Source of the DNA: Deltaproteobacteria bacterium
Lineage (GTDB): Bacteria; Myxococcota_A; JAADFL01
Direction of reading: 5' to 3'
DNA length: 64,000 nt
NCBI GenBank assembly: GCA_013152945.1
Contig: JAADFL010000212.1
Span: 7,064 to 71,063, forward strand
Made by a program: the position numbers and the translations under genes. Shown here piece after piece: positions 7,493 to 16,517 of this stretch (its first letter is position 1; every line of letters starts with the position of its first letter). A model generated the notes under the pieces. It had not been told where the DNA came from and searched no databases. It was given only the letters and a program-made list of their open reading frames with translations.

Positions 7493-10045
7493 ATGTCGAA
7501 GAAGAACAGAAGTCACAGGTATGGTTCCATCGGCGCGGACAGGACAGGGCAGCCTGCGATGGTCCCATTGATGGCCGCGGTTTTCATGTTGATTCTGGTA
7601 GTAGTGTTTTCGGCCATGGTCAGGGCCGGGACAGTGGACGGGGAGAGTCACGGCGAGCAGTTGGCCCGTGCCCTTCAGGCATTGCCCGAAGGTGTCAATG
7701 ACAAGACCCTTTCACCTTTTTTCTTCGTGTTTTCCGAAAATTCGGACACGGATCGCCTTCCACTAAAGAGCACCAACGCAAAGATCAAAATTGCAGGTGT
7801 GGTGGCTGATGTTCATGTGTCCCAGGTGTACAAGAACGAAGGGAGAGACACCCTGGAAGCGGTGTACATCTTTCCCGCATCGACCAGGGCCGCGGTGTAT
7901 TCAATGAGAATGACGGTCGGTGAGCGAATCATCAATGCGAAGATAAAGAAAAACGCCGAGGCCCGAAAAGATTACGAGCAAGCAGTGGCGGAAGGAAGGA
8001 CCGCATCCCTCCTTGAACAAAAAAGGCCGAACGTGTTCCAGATGAGTGTTGGAAACATCTTGCCCGGTGACGAGGTAAAGGTGGAATTATCCTATTTCGA
8101 GGTGTTGGTGCCGAGAGATTCGACTTATCAGTTCGTGTATCCCACGGTAGTGGGCCCAAGATACACGGGTAAAAGCGGTTCCAACGCACGGCCTGAACAG
8201 GGATGGACCCATAACCCATACCTGCACCAAGGCGAAAAGCCCAACTATGCCTTTGGTCTGAACCTCACATTGAGCAGCGCCATGCCGATCGCAGCCGTAT
8301 CAAGCCCGAGCCACAAGATATCGGTCGAGTACCAAGGAAAAAACAAGGTCAAGATCGGGCTTGAAAATGGGGAGCATTCCGGAAACAGGGACTTTGTGCT
8401 CCGTTACAAATTGGCGGAAGACAAGATTGAAAGTGGGCTGCTCCTATTTCATGGAGACAGGGAAAACTTTTTCCTAATGATGATGGAACCCCCGCAAAGG
8501 GTTCATCCCGAACAGGTAGTGCAAAGAGAATATCTTTTCATACAGGATGTTTCAGGTTCAATGAATGGATTTCCCCTTGATACCAGCAAGGAGCTGATGA
8601 AAAACCTCCTGGCCCGCATGGATGAACACGACTACTTCAACGTGCTGACATTTGCAGGCGGAAACGAGGTGCTTTCAAGAGAACCGCTTGAGGCAACAAG
8701 CAAGAACAAGAGACTGGCCGAAAACTGGCTGAACCAGTACAGAGGCGGTGGAGGAACAGAGTTGCTGCCTGCTCTCAAAAGAGCCCTCTCGATGCCCAGG
8801 ACCGAAGGTGTCTCCAGGATAATAGTTGTAATAACAGATGGTTATGTAAATGTAGAAAGTGAGGCTTTCAAGCTGATAAGGAAGAACCTGGGCCGGGCCA
8901 ACTTGTTTGCATTTGGAATAGGAAGCTCTGTGAACCGCCATCTCATCGAGGGTATGGCCAGGGCCGGCATGGGCGAACCATTCGTTATCTTGAAACCTTC
9001 CGAGGCAAGGGCCGAAGCGAAGCACTTCGCAGACTATGTGTCTTCACCACTCATGAGGAAGATAAAAATCGAATTTCGGGATTTCGAGGCTTACGATGTT
9101 CAACCGTCCGCTATACCGGATCTGTTTGCCGAGAGACCTGTTATGGTAATCGGAAAATACAGGGGTGAGGCCGAAGGTTCCATTGTCCTGTCCGGCGAAA
9201 CATCCATGCAGACCATGTATAAGAAGTTGGAAGTCAAACCATACATGGAGTCTCCTGACAATTCCGCTTTGAGATTGCTCTGGGCCAGGAAGAAGATCCG
9301 TGAACTTGCAGACCTCGATGCCCTGGGGGCCAAAGGTGATATTAAAAGCCGGATAACAACCCTTGGACTCGCTTACGGATTACTTACCGCTTACACATCC
9401 TTTGTTGCAGTGGACACGGAAATAAGGGCGGATGGAAGCAAGAGTGTCAGGGTCAGGCAACCTTTACCGATGCCACAGGGTGTATCAGACCTCGCGGTCG
9501 GCGGAATGGCCGGATTCGGTGCAACAAGAGGCGCGGGAAGATACAAGCGGGCTTCCACGGGCTTTTTCGGGAAAATCGTAGGCCTTCTAAATGCGCCTGC
9601 TGCAGCGCCGGAACCGGTTTTGGCGACAGGTATGCCTGATAAGACAACAAGAGAAGACAAAATAAAAGAGAAAAGTATGGATGCCTCCATCAACCAAGTT
9701 GCGATCATGTCCTTGAAAGTAGAAACAAGGAACGCTCATGAAAAAGGAATAGATCGTGTTGCAAGGCATTCAATGGAGCGTGCCTTGAGCAAGGTGAAGA
9801 ATATATTGGCCGGGGATATTTCTTCAAAAGCGAAGTACATCAAGAAAGTAGTGCTTACGGTCAAAATCGAGATTGCAGCTAATGGTGCGATGAGCGGACT
9901 GGATGTCAATATCATGCATCTCAAGGATGTTGGAATATCGAATAAGATAGAAGCTGCATTCAATGAGGCGTTCAAGGCTGCAAGATTTCCCTCTTCATCA
10001 AGCAAGACAGTGGTGATCTGCAAGGTAATCCTTCGGGTTCGATGA
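7493..10045 (+). CDS. VIT domain + von Willebrand factor A domain protein with N-terminal TM/signal anchor and an extra C-terminal domain
   Basis: I trimmed the track ORF 7010-10045 to the ATG at 7493, which follows GGGAGGTGGA. The upstream part is antisense to rng. It has a TM (MVPLMAAVFMLILVVVFSAMV), a VIT-like block (KIAGVVADVHVSQVYKNEG...ILPGDEVKVELSY) and a vWA MIDAS motif (IQDVSGSMNG). Confidence 0.8.
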   Translation: MSKKNRSHRYGSIGADRTGQPAMVPLMAAVFMLILVVVFSAMVRAGTVDGESHGEQLARALQALPEGVNDKTLSPFFFVFSENSDTDRLPLKSTNAKIKIAGVVADVHVSQVYKNEGRDTLEAVYIFPASTRAAVYSMRMTVGERIINAKIKKNAEARKDYEQAVAEGRTASLLEQKRPNVFQMSVGNILPGDEVKVELSYFEVLVPRDSTYQFVYPTVVGPRYTGKSGSNARPEQGWTHNPYLHQGEKPNYAFGLNLTLSSAMPIAAVSSPSHKISVEYQGKNKVKIGLENGEHSGNRDFVLRYKLAEDKIESGLLLFHGDRENFFLMMMEPPQRVHPEQVVQREYLFIQDVSGSMNGFPLDTSKELMKNLLARMDEHDYFNVLTFAGGNEVLSREPLEATSKNKRLAENWLNQYRGGGGTELLPALKRALSMPRTEGVSRIIVVITDGYVNVESEAFKLIRKNLGRANLFAFGIGSSVNRHLIEGMARAGMGEPFVILKPSEARAEAKHFADYVSSPLMRKIKIEFRDFEAYDVQPSAIPDLFAERPVMVIGKYRGEAEGSIVLSGETSMQTMYKKLEVKPYMESPDNSALRLLWARKKIRELADLDALGAKGDIKSRITTLGLAYGLLTAYTSFVAVDTEIRADGSKSVRVRQPLPMPQGVSDLAVGGMAGFGATRGAGRYKRASTGFFGKIVGLLNAPAAAPEPVLATGMPDKTTREDKIKEKSMDASINQVAIMSLKVETRNAHEKGIDRVARHSMERALSKVKNILAGDISSKAKYIKKVVLTVKIEIAANGAMSGLDVNIMHLKDVGISNKIEAAFNEAFKAARFPSSSSKTVVICKVILRVR

Positions 10046-10181
10046 CGGGATATCCCCGGTATAACCAAATGTTGATAGTTAAATTACATGCCGGAGCACG
10101 AATCTCATTGTCACTCTTTGCCGATTGATGATTGACCGGGCAGTGCGAGTCTGCTTATCCTGGCGGTAAAGAGGGACGTAG

Positions 10182-11282
10182 ATGGCGAGTTGCTGGGCAA
10201 TCATTTTTCTGGTGTGTGCGGCGGTCCCTCCCACGGGCCAGGATGAGTCCGGAACCAGGGCCTACTACAAGGCAGTGGGAAGCCAAAGAGCAGGTAAATT
10301 TAAACAAGCCCTCGATGCACTGGACGCTCTGGCCCGGGAACATCCGGAAGACCGGTTTGCGGATGACGCGCTTTTCAGGGGAGCCCAAATATGCGAGCAG
10401 GATCTGCTGGACCTGGACTGCGCCTTGAAGAGGTACAAGAAAATAATTGATTCGTATCAAAGGAGCAGGCTCTTGATCAGGGCCAGGAAGCGTTACAAGT
10501 ACTTGTCTGAAAACCGTTCTTGTGGAGACAAGCTCTTGTTGGAATTCGAAAAGATAATCCGGACAACCCCGCTGTCCGACCCGCAAAGGACCAAGGCGGG
10601 TATGTCGGGAATGCAAAAGATTTTAAGGGATCATCCAACGTTTCCACAGAGAAAAAGGGCCGAATACTGGCTGGCAGAGGCGGATTTCCACTTAGACCAT
10701 GAAAAGAAGGCGATCGAGAGGCTGAATAAACTGACAAGAGCAGGGGGAGAATGGTCGGTCCGTGCCAAGTTGAGACTGGCAGATTTATGGATGGCCCGGC
10801 GGGAATATGCAAAGGCATTGAGAGAATATGAAGACCTGGGTAAGTCAACACTGGGCCTTGCAAAGCGGGCCAGGCTTTTCCTGTGGGAGAAACGAAGTGC
10901 CATGTTCGGTCTTTTGACATATGTCCTGCTTCTTATGGCATTGTCGCTATGGATTATCCGGGCTGACAAAGGAACGGGGAAGTTGTGGCCCATGCCGCAG
11001 GAATTCACCTTTCTTTTGCCCCTGGGCCTGCTAATCGTAATGATGGCCATCTCTGCTTCGAGGCTTCTCTGGATGCCGATATCCATCATCGTATTTGCCG
11101 GGCTGTTCAGCTTATACCTTTCGGGCGCGGCATTCAGGGCAAAGGCGCCGGGAATAAAATCCATTGTCGTGTTTTCTTTACTTGGCCTGGGCGGGTGTTT
11201 CGGCCTGGTCTTCTTTGTCCTGTATCACTTCCAGCTCTTGAGTTCAGTCGTTCATACCTGGATATTCGGAGTCAACGGATGA
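10182..11282 (+). CDS. Signal-peptide TPR/YbgF-like domain protein with C-terminal polytopic membrane region
   Basis: 366 aa. It has an N-terminal hydrophobic leader, helical-repeat sequence (YYKAVGSQRAGKFKQALDALDALAREHPEDRFADDALF...) and then about 4 TM helices. The function is unknown. Confidence 0.5.
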   Translation: MASCWAIIFLVCAAVPPTGQDESGTRAYYKAVGSQRAGKFKQALDALDALAREHPEDRFADDALFRGAQICEQDLLDLDCALKRYKKIIDSYQRSRLLIRARKRYKYLSENRSCGDKLLLEFEKIIRTTPLSDPQRTKAGMSGMQKILRDHPTFPQRKRAEYWLAEADFHLDHEKKAIERLNKLTRAGGEWSVRAKLRLADLWMARREYAKALREYEDLGKSTLGLAKRARLFLWEKRSAMFGLLTYVLLLMALSLWIIRADKGTGKLWPMPQEFTFLLPLGLLIVMMAISASRLLWMPISIIVFAGLFSLYLSGAAFRAKAPGIKSIVVFSLLGLGGCFGLVFFVLYHFQLLSSVVHTWIFGVNG

Positions 11283-11482
11283 GACAAAAAAAAGAAAAAA
11301 CAAGATTTTCACACATCCTATCATTAAAGACAGGGTTGAACCCAAACTCGAGCTCTCTGGGAGCCAATACCACGTGGCTGTTGGTATGGTCGTCGGCATT
11401 GGCGATTTTCGGTCCCGTATTGAGCCTGGCAATTAGAGGAATTGCAGCCGTACGCAAGAAAGACAAGCCGGGAAACACCTGA
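11279..11482 (+). CDS. Small (67 aa) single-pass membrane protein, translationally coupled on both sides
   Basis: The ATG at 11279 overlaps the upstream stop (ATGA). Its own TGA overlaps the ATG of the radical SAM gene (TGATG at 11480-11484). The sequence is MRQKKEKTRF...TTWLLVWSSALAIFGPVLSLAIRGIAAVRKKDKPGNT, with basic ends and one TM. It is not a separate entry in the ORF track because it lies in the frame of ORF 10985-11482. Confidence 0.35.
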   Translation: MRQKKEKTRFSHILSLKTGLNPNSSSLGANTTWLLVWSSALAIFGPVLSLAIRGIAAVRKKDKPGNT

Positions 11483-12702
11483 TGGATTTCAGGCCGGAAC
11501 ATTTCGGCGGACTGCTCCACCTGGCGCATCCCAGGTTGTTGCTCTGGCTGGATGAGAATCTGGCATCTGTTTTCAAGCAGGACCCGGGGCAGGATGTTTG
11601 CCGGCATACGGAATTGACAGAGGGCGGCCCATCTCAAAGAGAAAGTTTACTTGGCGCTCCCATCGAAGTGCACATGAACCTCTCCGAAAGGTGCTGGACG
11701 GGATGCAGCCATTGCTATGTAGATGCAACACCAAGCGGGCCGGTAATGAATCCTGCACGCGCATGCCGCTTGCTCGACCTCATGGCGGATGCACGAGTAT
11801 TCCATGTAGCCCTGGGAGGAGGAGAACCCCTGGACTATCCCGCGCTCCTGGAGGTGGCGCATCATGCCAGGAAGAGAGGAATCGTGCCCAATCTTACGAC
11901 CAGCGGAACAGGTCTGAACGAAAAAACGGCATTTCGACTTACAAGGGTGTTCGGCCAGATCAATGTGAGCTTGGATGTGCCGCCCGGACAGGGTGATTCG
12001 TTCAGGAGTGACTTGCATGTTGCCGAACAGTCCCTTGTAATGTTGAGGAAATATTCGAAAAACGTTGGAATAAACATGGTGTTGTCCAGGAAGACTTTCA
12101 GGCAACTGAACAAGATCATTGCACTTGCCTCAAAACTTGGGCTTGGCGAGGTGGAACTGCTGCGATTGAAACCCGGCGGCAGGGCTTCCTCAATTTACGA
12201 AAAAGAGCGAATTACCGCAAGCCAGGGCATTGAGCTTTTGCCGAGGGTTCTTTCCCTGGCTATCAAGTACAGGACCGCGATTCGAATGGATTGTTCCCTG
12301 GCCCCTTTTATCTATTACCACAGGCCCAATCTTGACGTGCTGTCATTTTTCAATATCCGGGGCTGTGAGGCGGGAAACATGTTGGCGGGTGTCGATGCCT
12401 CTGGAAATTTAAAGGCATGCTCATTTTCGCCGTGGATCGAGGGACCGGCCGAGCACATGCTCGATTTTTTCGGCAACAAGGGGGCGTTCACAATTTTCAA
12501 TGAATTGGAGCAGACCCTCGGCGAACCTTGCGCCTCGTGTGATTACCTCGAACTCTGCCGGGGCGGTTGCAGGGCTGTTGCGTACTTTCTGACAGGTCAG
12601 GCATCTTCGCCGGACCCGGAATGCCCGGTTGTGCTTGGATTACCTTCTCCATATGTTTCCTTGAAGACAGCTATGATCTCCTGGATAGGAAGGTCTGAAT
12701 AG
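11482..12702 (+). CDS. Radical SAM enzyme with C-terminal SPASM-type auxiliary cluster domain
   Basis: CX3CX2C motif (ERCWTGCSHCY), GGGEP motif (ALGGGEPL), and a Cys-rich C-terminus (CEAGN...ACSFSPW...CASCDYLELCRGGCRAVA...PECP). Confidence 0.8.
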   Translation: MDFRPEHFGGLLHLAHPRLLLWLDENLASVFKQDPGQDVCRHTELTEGGPSQRESLLGAPIEVHMNLSERCWTGCSHCYVDATPSGPVMNPARACRLLDLMADARVFHVALGGGEPLDYPALLEVAHHARKRGIVPNLTTSGTGLNEKTAFRLTRVFGQINVSLDVPPGQGDSFRSDLHVAEQSLVMLRKYSKNVGINMVLSRKTFRQLNKIIALASKLGLGEVELLRLKPGGRASSIYEKERITASQGIELLPRVLSLAIKYRTAIRMDCSLAPFIYYHRPNLDVLSFFNIRGCEAGNMLAGVDASGNLKACSFSPWIEGPAEHMLDFFGNKGAFTIFNELEQTLGEPCASCDYLELCRGGCRAVAYFLTGQASSPDPECPVVLGLPSPYVSLKTAMISWIGRSE

Positions 12703-13274
12703 ACTCCGCGGTAATTGACGTATTCAATATGCGGCTGGCCGTACGGATCGACGGGGTGAAACACTGCATCGTGTTCACCATCCAATTCCACGAGCAATGC
12801 CCCTGCTTTCCGGGCTGTTTCTCTGTCAAATGCCGGTGTAGCCTTGATCCATTTATTCTTGATCCAAAATTCAACATAACCATGAAACACGAACAGATTG
12901 GTTCCCATTATTTCCAACAAGGCCGCCGGTGTCTTGTGATTTCTGACATCGGCAAATCCGAGCCTCGTAGGTATTCCTGCGGCCCTGCCGAGGGCTGCAA
13001 GCAGTACGGCTTTTTGAACACAGTATCCCTTCCTGTTTTTCAACACCATCGTGGCTCTGTACATTTCCGGCGGATCCATGGCACAGTATGGATCATACTT
13101 GATATGGTCACGAACGAATTCGAACAGGGCAATGGCCTTTTTTACGGCATCGAGGCCGGAAAAGCCAGAAGCGATCTTGACAATCTGTTTCGCCCTGCTC
13201 TCAATGTAATGTGTTGATTTCAGGTAATCCGCAGGTGGACTATCCTTGCCGGACATTACTACCGGGTCACTCAT
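12597..13274 (-). CDS. Transglutaminase-like cysteine protease superfamily protein
   Basis: Candidate catalytic Cys in [22 protein letters not shown] and His in [10 protein letters not shown]. The ATG at 13274 overlaps the dnaJ stop by 8 nt, and a GTG at 13277 is also possible. The 3' end overlaps the convergent radical SAM gene. Confidence 0.7.
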   Translation of the reverse strand: MSDPVVMSGKDSPPADYLKSTHYIESRAKQIVKIASGFSGLDAVKKAIALFEFVRDHIKYDPYCAMDPPEMYRATMVLKNRKGYCVQKAVLLAALGRAAGIPTRLGFADVRNHKTPAALLEIMGTNLFVFHGYVEFWIKNKWIKATPAFDRETARKAGALLVELDGEHDAVFHPVDPYGQPHIEYVNYRGVYSDLPIQEIIAVFKETYGEGNPSTTGHSGSGEDA

Positions 13275-14397
13275 CACCCTGGGCCTCTATTTTGTCCTTG
13301 ATTTTTTGGAAAAAGCCTTTTTTCTTTGCTGAAACTTCGATACCGGCATCTTTTGCGTACTCCCTCAACAATTCTTCCTCATGCTTGGAAAGCGACCTGG
13401 GTATGGCTACATTCAGCTCGACAACCAGGTTTCCCCTGCCGTACCCCCTTATGAAGGGGATGCCGGCCCCTTCCATGACCAGCTTTGCACCCGGCTGGGT
13501 CCCGGGTTCGATATCCAGTTCCTTGTCTCCTTCAAGCGTTGGAACAATGATTGTGGTGCCAAGTATTGCCTGGATAAAAGATATTTCTTTTTCCACGAAG
13601 AGGTCGTTTCCTTCACGGCGCCACCGGTTGTCTGGTTTTACTGTAATAAAAACGTACAGGTCTCCCGGCCGGCCGCCGTTCTCACCTGCCTCTCCCTCAC
13701 CTGTCAGTCTCAACCTTACGCCTGAATCCACTCCTCCGGGTATCTTTACCGAAACGATCTTTGGTTCTTCCACCCGCCCCGAACCATTGCAGTTCTTGCA
13801 TGGATTCTGCACCACTGTGCCGGTGCCGTGACACCTGGGACAAGTCCTTTGCAAGGTGAAGAATCCCTGCTGTTGCACTACAGCACCGGTGCCGTGGCAA
13901 GTAGGGCAAACAATTGGCCGCGTACCGGCTTCGGCGCCGGTGCCATCACAAGAAGGGCATTCGACCATTTTCGTGACTTCAATATCTTTTTCACATCCAA
14001 AGACAGCTTCTTCGAACTCCAGGGTCAGGTCATAGCGAAGGTCGGATCCGCGCAATCCCTGCCTTGCACGGCTGCCTGAAAATCCAAAAGGAGAGCCACC
14101 GAAGATCTCGGAAAAGATGTCTCCAAAATGGGAAAAAATGTCCTCCATTCCGGAAAAACCGGAAAACCCCGAGCCCTTGAGCCCTTCATGTCCATATCGA
14201 TCGTAGATTGCCCTTTTTTCCGGGTCTGACAGGACCTCGTATGCCTCGGAAGCCTCTTTGAACATCTCTTCCGCTTCCTTGTTTCCAGGATTACGGTCTG
14301 GATGGTATTTCAAGGCAAGCCTGCGGTATGCCTTTTTTATTTCCCGTGCTGATGCATTTCTCTGAACATTGAGTATTTCGTAATAGTCTCGTTTCAA
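13267..14397 (-). CDS. dnaJ: Molecular chaperone DnaJ (type I Hsp40)
   Basis: J-domain with HPD ([10 protein letters not shown]), a G/F-rich linker, and four CxxCxGxG zinc-finger repeats ([32 protein letters not shown]). It uses a TTG start at 14397, with GGAGGT 8 nt upstream. Confidence 0.9.
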   Translation of the reverse strand: MKRDYYEILNVQRNASAREIKKAYRRLALKYHPDRNPGNKEAEEMFKEASEAYEVLSDPEKRAIYDRYGHEGLKGSGFSGFSGMEDIFSHFGDIFSEIFGGSPFGFSGSRARQGLRGSDLRYDLTLEFEEAVFGCEKDIEVTKMVECPSCDGTGAEAGTRPIVCPTCHGTGAVVQQQGFFTLQRTCPRCHGTGTVVQNPCKNCNGSGRVEEPKIVSVKIPGGVDSGVRLRLTGEGEAGENGGRPGDLYVFITVKPDNRWRREGNDLFVEKEISFIQAILGTTIIVPTLEGDKELDIEPGTQPGAKLVMEGAGIPFIRGYGRGNLVVELNVAIPRSLSKHEEELLREYAKDAGIEVSAKKKGFFQKIKDKIEAQGDE

Positions 14398-14421
14398 CTC
14401 AAATGACCTCCAAGAACGGTG

Positions 14422-14450
14422 ATGCTCCCTCAGCGACTTTCAAGTGTCAA
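14422..14450 (-). promoter_or_regulatory. Candidate dnaJ promoter (sigma70-like -35 TTGACA overlapping a sigma32-like CTTGAAA)
   Basis: The minus strand reads TTGACA CTTGAAAGTCGCTGAGG GAGCAT. That is a perfect -35, a 17-nt spacer and a weak -10 (A2, A5, T6 conserved), about 25 nt upstream of the TTG start. CTTGAAA matches the sigma32 -35 consensus. Confidence 0.35.
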
Positions 14451-14594
14451 TATGCTGACAAGTGTTAAAAAGCTCACGATCTGAAATGATCTCAAGGATA
14501 ACCGTTTTGATTTTTTTTCGAGATCGATGAAACGGGACTGAAAAAAAGATGATGGGAAAATATTGTGGTCCAAAATCCACACTTACGTAATTTC

Positions 14595-14624
14595 TTGACG
14601 CTCAACCATCCTTGCCAATATAAT
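14595..14624 (+). promoter_or_regulatory. Candidate sigma70-type promoter for the motor/Glt-like array
   Basis: TTGACG (14595-14600), an 18-nt spacer, then TATAAT (14619-14624), about 135 nt upstream of the ATG at 14759. Confidence 0.45.
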
Positions 14625-14758
14625 CTGTATCCCGTATGGAAAGGAAAAGATGATCTTTTGTATTGAAGGTCGGTCTGGTAGCATCTTCGGTATCTGGTGG
14701 AGATTAGTGCGTTGAAGTTGGATGCCTGATTGCTACAGATCTTGTTGAGGAGATTACG

Positions 14759-15406
14759 ATGGAGTTTCTAGCAAAGTTTAATCCTTTTACGATGGGTGGG
14801 ATCTGGATGTTCCTGATACTGCTCGTGTCTGTCTATACCTTCACACTGATTGTGGAGCGAATGTATACCTTATGGTTTCGATACAAGATATCAGCCAACC
14901 AGGTGTTGAATCAGATTCTTTCCTTTGTGGATGCAAACAATTACAGCAGGGCCATAGAGGTATGCAATGCAAGGCAGAACCATCCTCTTGCCGTGGTGTT
15001 GAAAGCGGGTTTAATGAAAGCCAACAAGAATGACATAGAGGTAAAGCGGGCGCTTGAGCAGGCCATGCTGAAGGCTGAAGCACAGATCCAAAAACGCACG
15101 CCCTACCTGGCTACCCTGGCCAATGTAGCAACCCTGCTGGGGTTGCTGGGTACTATTTTTGGACTGATAATGGCATTCGAAGGCGTCGAGATGGCTTCGG
15201 CTGCAAAGAAGCAAGAGGTACTGGCGCGAGGCATTTCAGTTGCAATGGGAACCACGGCATTCGGCCTGATCGTGGCCATTCCGACGACAATTGCGCATGC
15301 CATAATAACGGCGCGTCAGAATTCGATCATTACAACTATCGAGGATGCCGCCATGACCCTGTTCAGCTATATATCTTCAAAGAACAGGAAAGCGGCGAGA
15401 CATTGA
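14759..15406 (+). CDS. MotA/TolQ/ExbB family proton-channel protein (AglR-like)
   Basis: 215 aa with the three-TM layout typical of TolQ/ExbB, including the C-terminal pair TLLGLLGTIFGLIMAF and TTAFGLIVAIPTTIAH. GAGGAG lies 6 nt upstream of the ATG. Confidence 0.85.
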   Translation: MEFLAKFNPFTMGGIWMFLILLVSVYTFTLIVERMYTLWFRYKISANQVLNQILSFVDANNYSRAIEVCNARQNHPLAVVLKAGLMKANKNDIEVKRALEQAMLKAEAQIQKRTPYLATLANVATLLGLLGTIFGLIMAFEGVEMASAAKKQEVLARGISVAMGTTAFGLIVAIPTTIAHAIITARQNSIITTIEDAAMTLFSYISSKNRKAARH

Positions 15407-15447
15407 ATATTGAAGTCGATGCTTGGGATTAGAAAGAGGTTTTTATA

Positions 15448-15963
15448 ATGAAATCCAAAGGGAAGACGAAGGAGGAACCGGTCGATCTCAATATGGTTCC
15501 CATCATGAACCTTTTTCTCGCAATGATTCCCTTTTTGCTTATGTGTGCGGCTTTCTTTCAGGTCTCTGTGATAAATGCTTCTGTTCCGGCCTTGTCCGAG
15601 GGCGGCGATTCATCCCAAGAGCCGAAGAAAGAGCTGCAAAAGGTTACAGTAAATGTACAGATAACCAATTCAGGCTTCGGAATATCAGCGACCGGCGACC
15701 AACCTGATGCAGAACTCAAGGCCTTGGGTGGGGTGATCCCCAAGAATGGCGGTAAATATGATTTCGAGAAATTGGCCCAAAAAATGAAAAGCATAAAGGA
15801 CAAGTACAGAAAGAGTGATACTGTCATTCTCCTGCCTGACAAGGGAATACTTTATGATACTTTGGTTAAAACCATGGATGCTACAAGAGAAAGGATATTG
15901 GACAAGAAGCTTGATACAAGGGAATACCTTTTTACAAATGCAGTGGTTTCGTCCATTTTGTAG
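15448..15963 (+). CDS. ExbD/TolR family protein, paralogue 1
   Basis: 171 aa. The N-terminus is EEPVDLNMVPIMNLFLAMIPFLLM (an ExbD/TolR-type TM), followed by a periplasmic domain. Confidence 0.8.
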   Translation: MKSKGKTKEEPVDLNMVPIMNLFLAMIPFLLMCAAFFQVSVINASVPALSEGGDSSQEPKKELQKVTVNVQITNSGFGISATGDQPDAELKALGGVIPKNGGKYDFEKLAQKMKSIKDKYRKSDTVILLPDKGILYDTLVKTMDATRERILDKKLDTREYLFTNAVVSSIL

Positions 15964-16009
15964 GGAAAACTGAAGGCAAGGGAAAGAATCCGGAAGGGAT
16001 AAATAAAGC

Positions 16010-16495
16010 ATGTCGAGGAAGAGGACCAAAGAAGTAGAGGTCATGTCCTTGAATCTGACATCGATGATGGACATGTTTACGATAATATTGGTCTTCCTGA
16101 TTTTCAGCTTTTCCAGCCAGGACCAAAATTTAAAATTGGACGGGGATCTCACTCTACCCGAGTCGATAGCCGGGCTCGATTTCAAGTGGGCGATAAATGT
16201 CAATATAACGCCTACAGAACTCAAGGTTGAGGGCAATCCGATAGCAAAAGTGAGAAACGGTAAGATATCAGGAGTAAAGATAGACAAAGATAAGAAAAGA
16301 ATACTTCCTCTTTACAACCTGTTGAAAAAATACAAAGAAATAGAAAACCGGGAGAAGGTCAACCCAACTGAAGACGAGACAGTAATAGCCTTCCAGGCCG
16401 ATAAGAATTTGCCTTTTCAGTTGATAGATTTGGTTATGAAGACAGCGGCTCAGGCCGGTTATCCTAATTTTCGTTTTGTGGTCCTGAAAAAGTAG
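16010..16495 (+). CDS. ExbD/TolR family protein, paralogue 2
   Basis: 161 aa with MSLNLTSMMDMFTIILVFLIFSF (an ExbD/TolR-type TM) and a periplasmic domain. Confidence 0.8.
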   Translation: MSRKRTKEVEVMSLNLTSMMDMFTIILVFLIFSFSSQDQNLKLDGDLTLPESIAGLDFKWAINVNITPTELKVEGNPIAKVRNGKISGVKIDKDKKRILPLYNLLKKYKEIENREKVNPTEDETVIAFQADKNLPFQLIDLVMKTAAQAGYPNFRFVVLKK

Positions 16496-16517
16496 CAGGA
16501 AAGATCGAGGAGAAGGC

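Noticed and set aside
9990-10045. A sorting signal (LPXTG, PEP-CTERM or MYXO-CTERM) at the C-terminus of the VIT-vWA protein, as in sortase-target VIT-vWA proteins.
   Set aside because: The C-terminus (..SSKTVVICKVILRVR) has no such motif and no terminal TM/basic tail arrangement. No sortase or exosortase gene is in the window.
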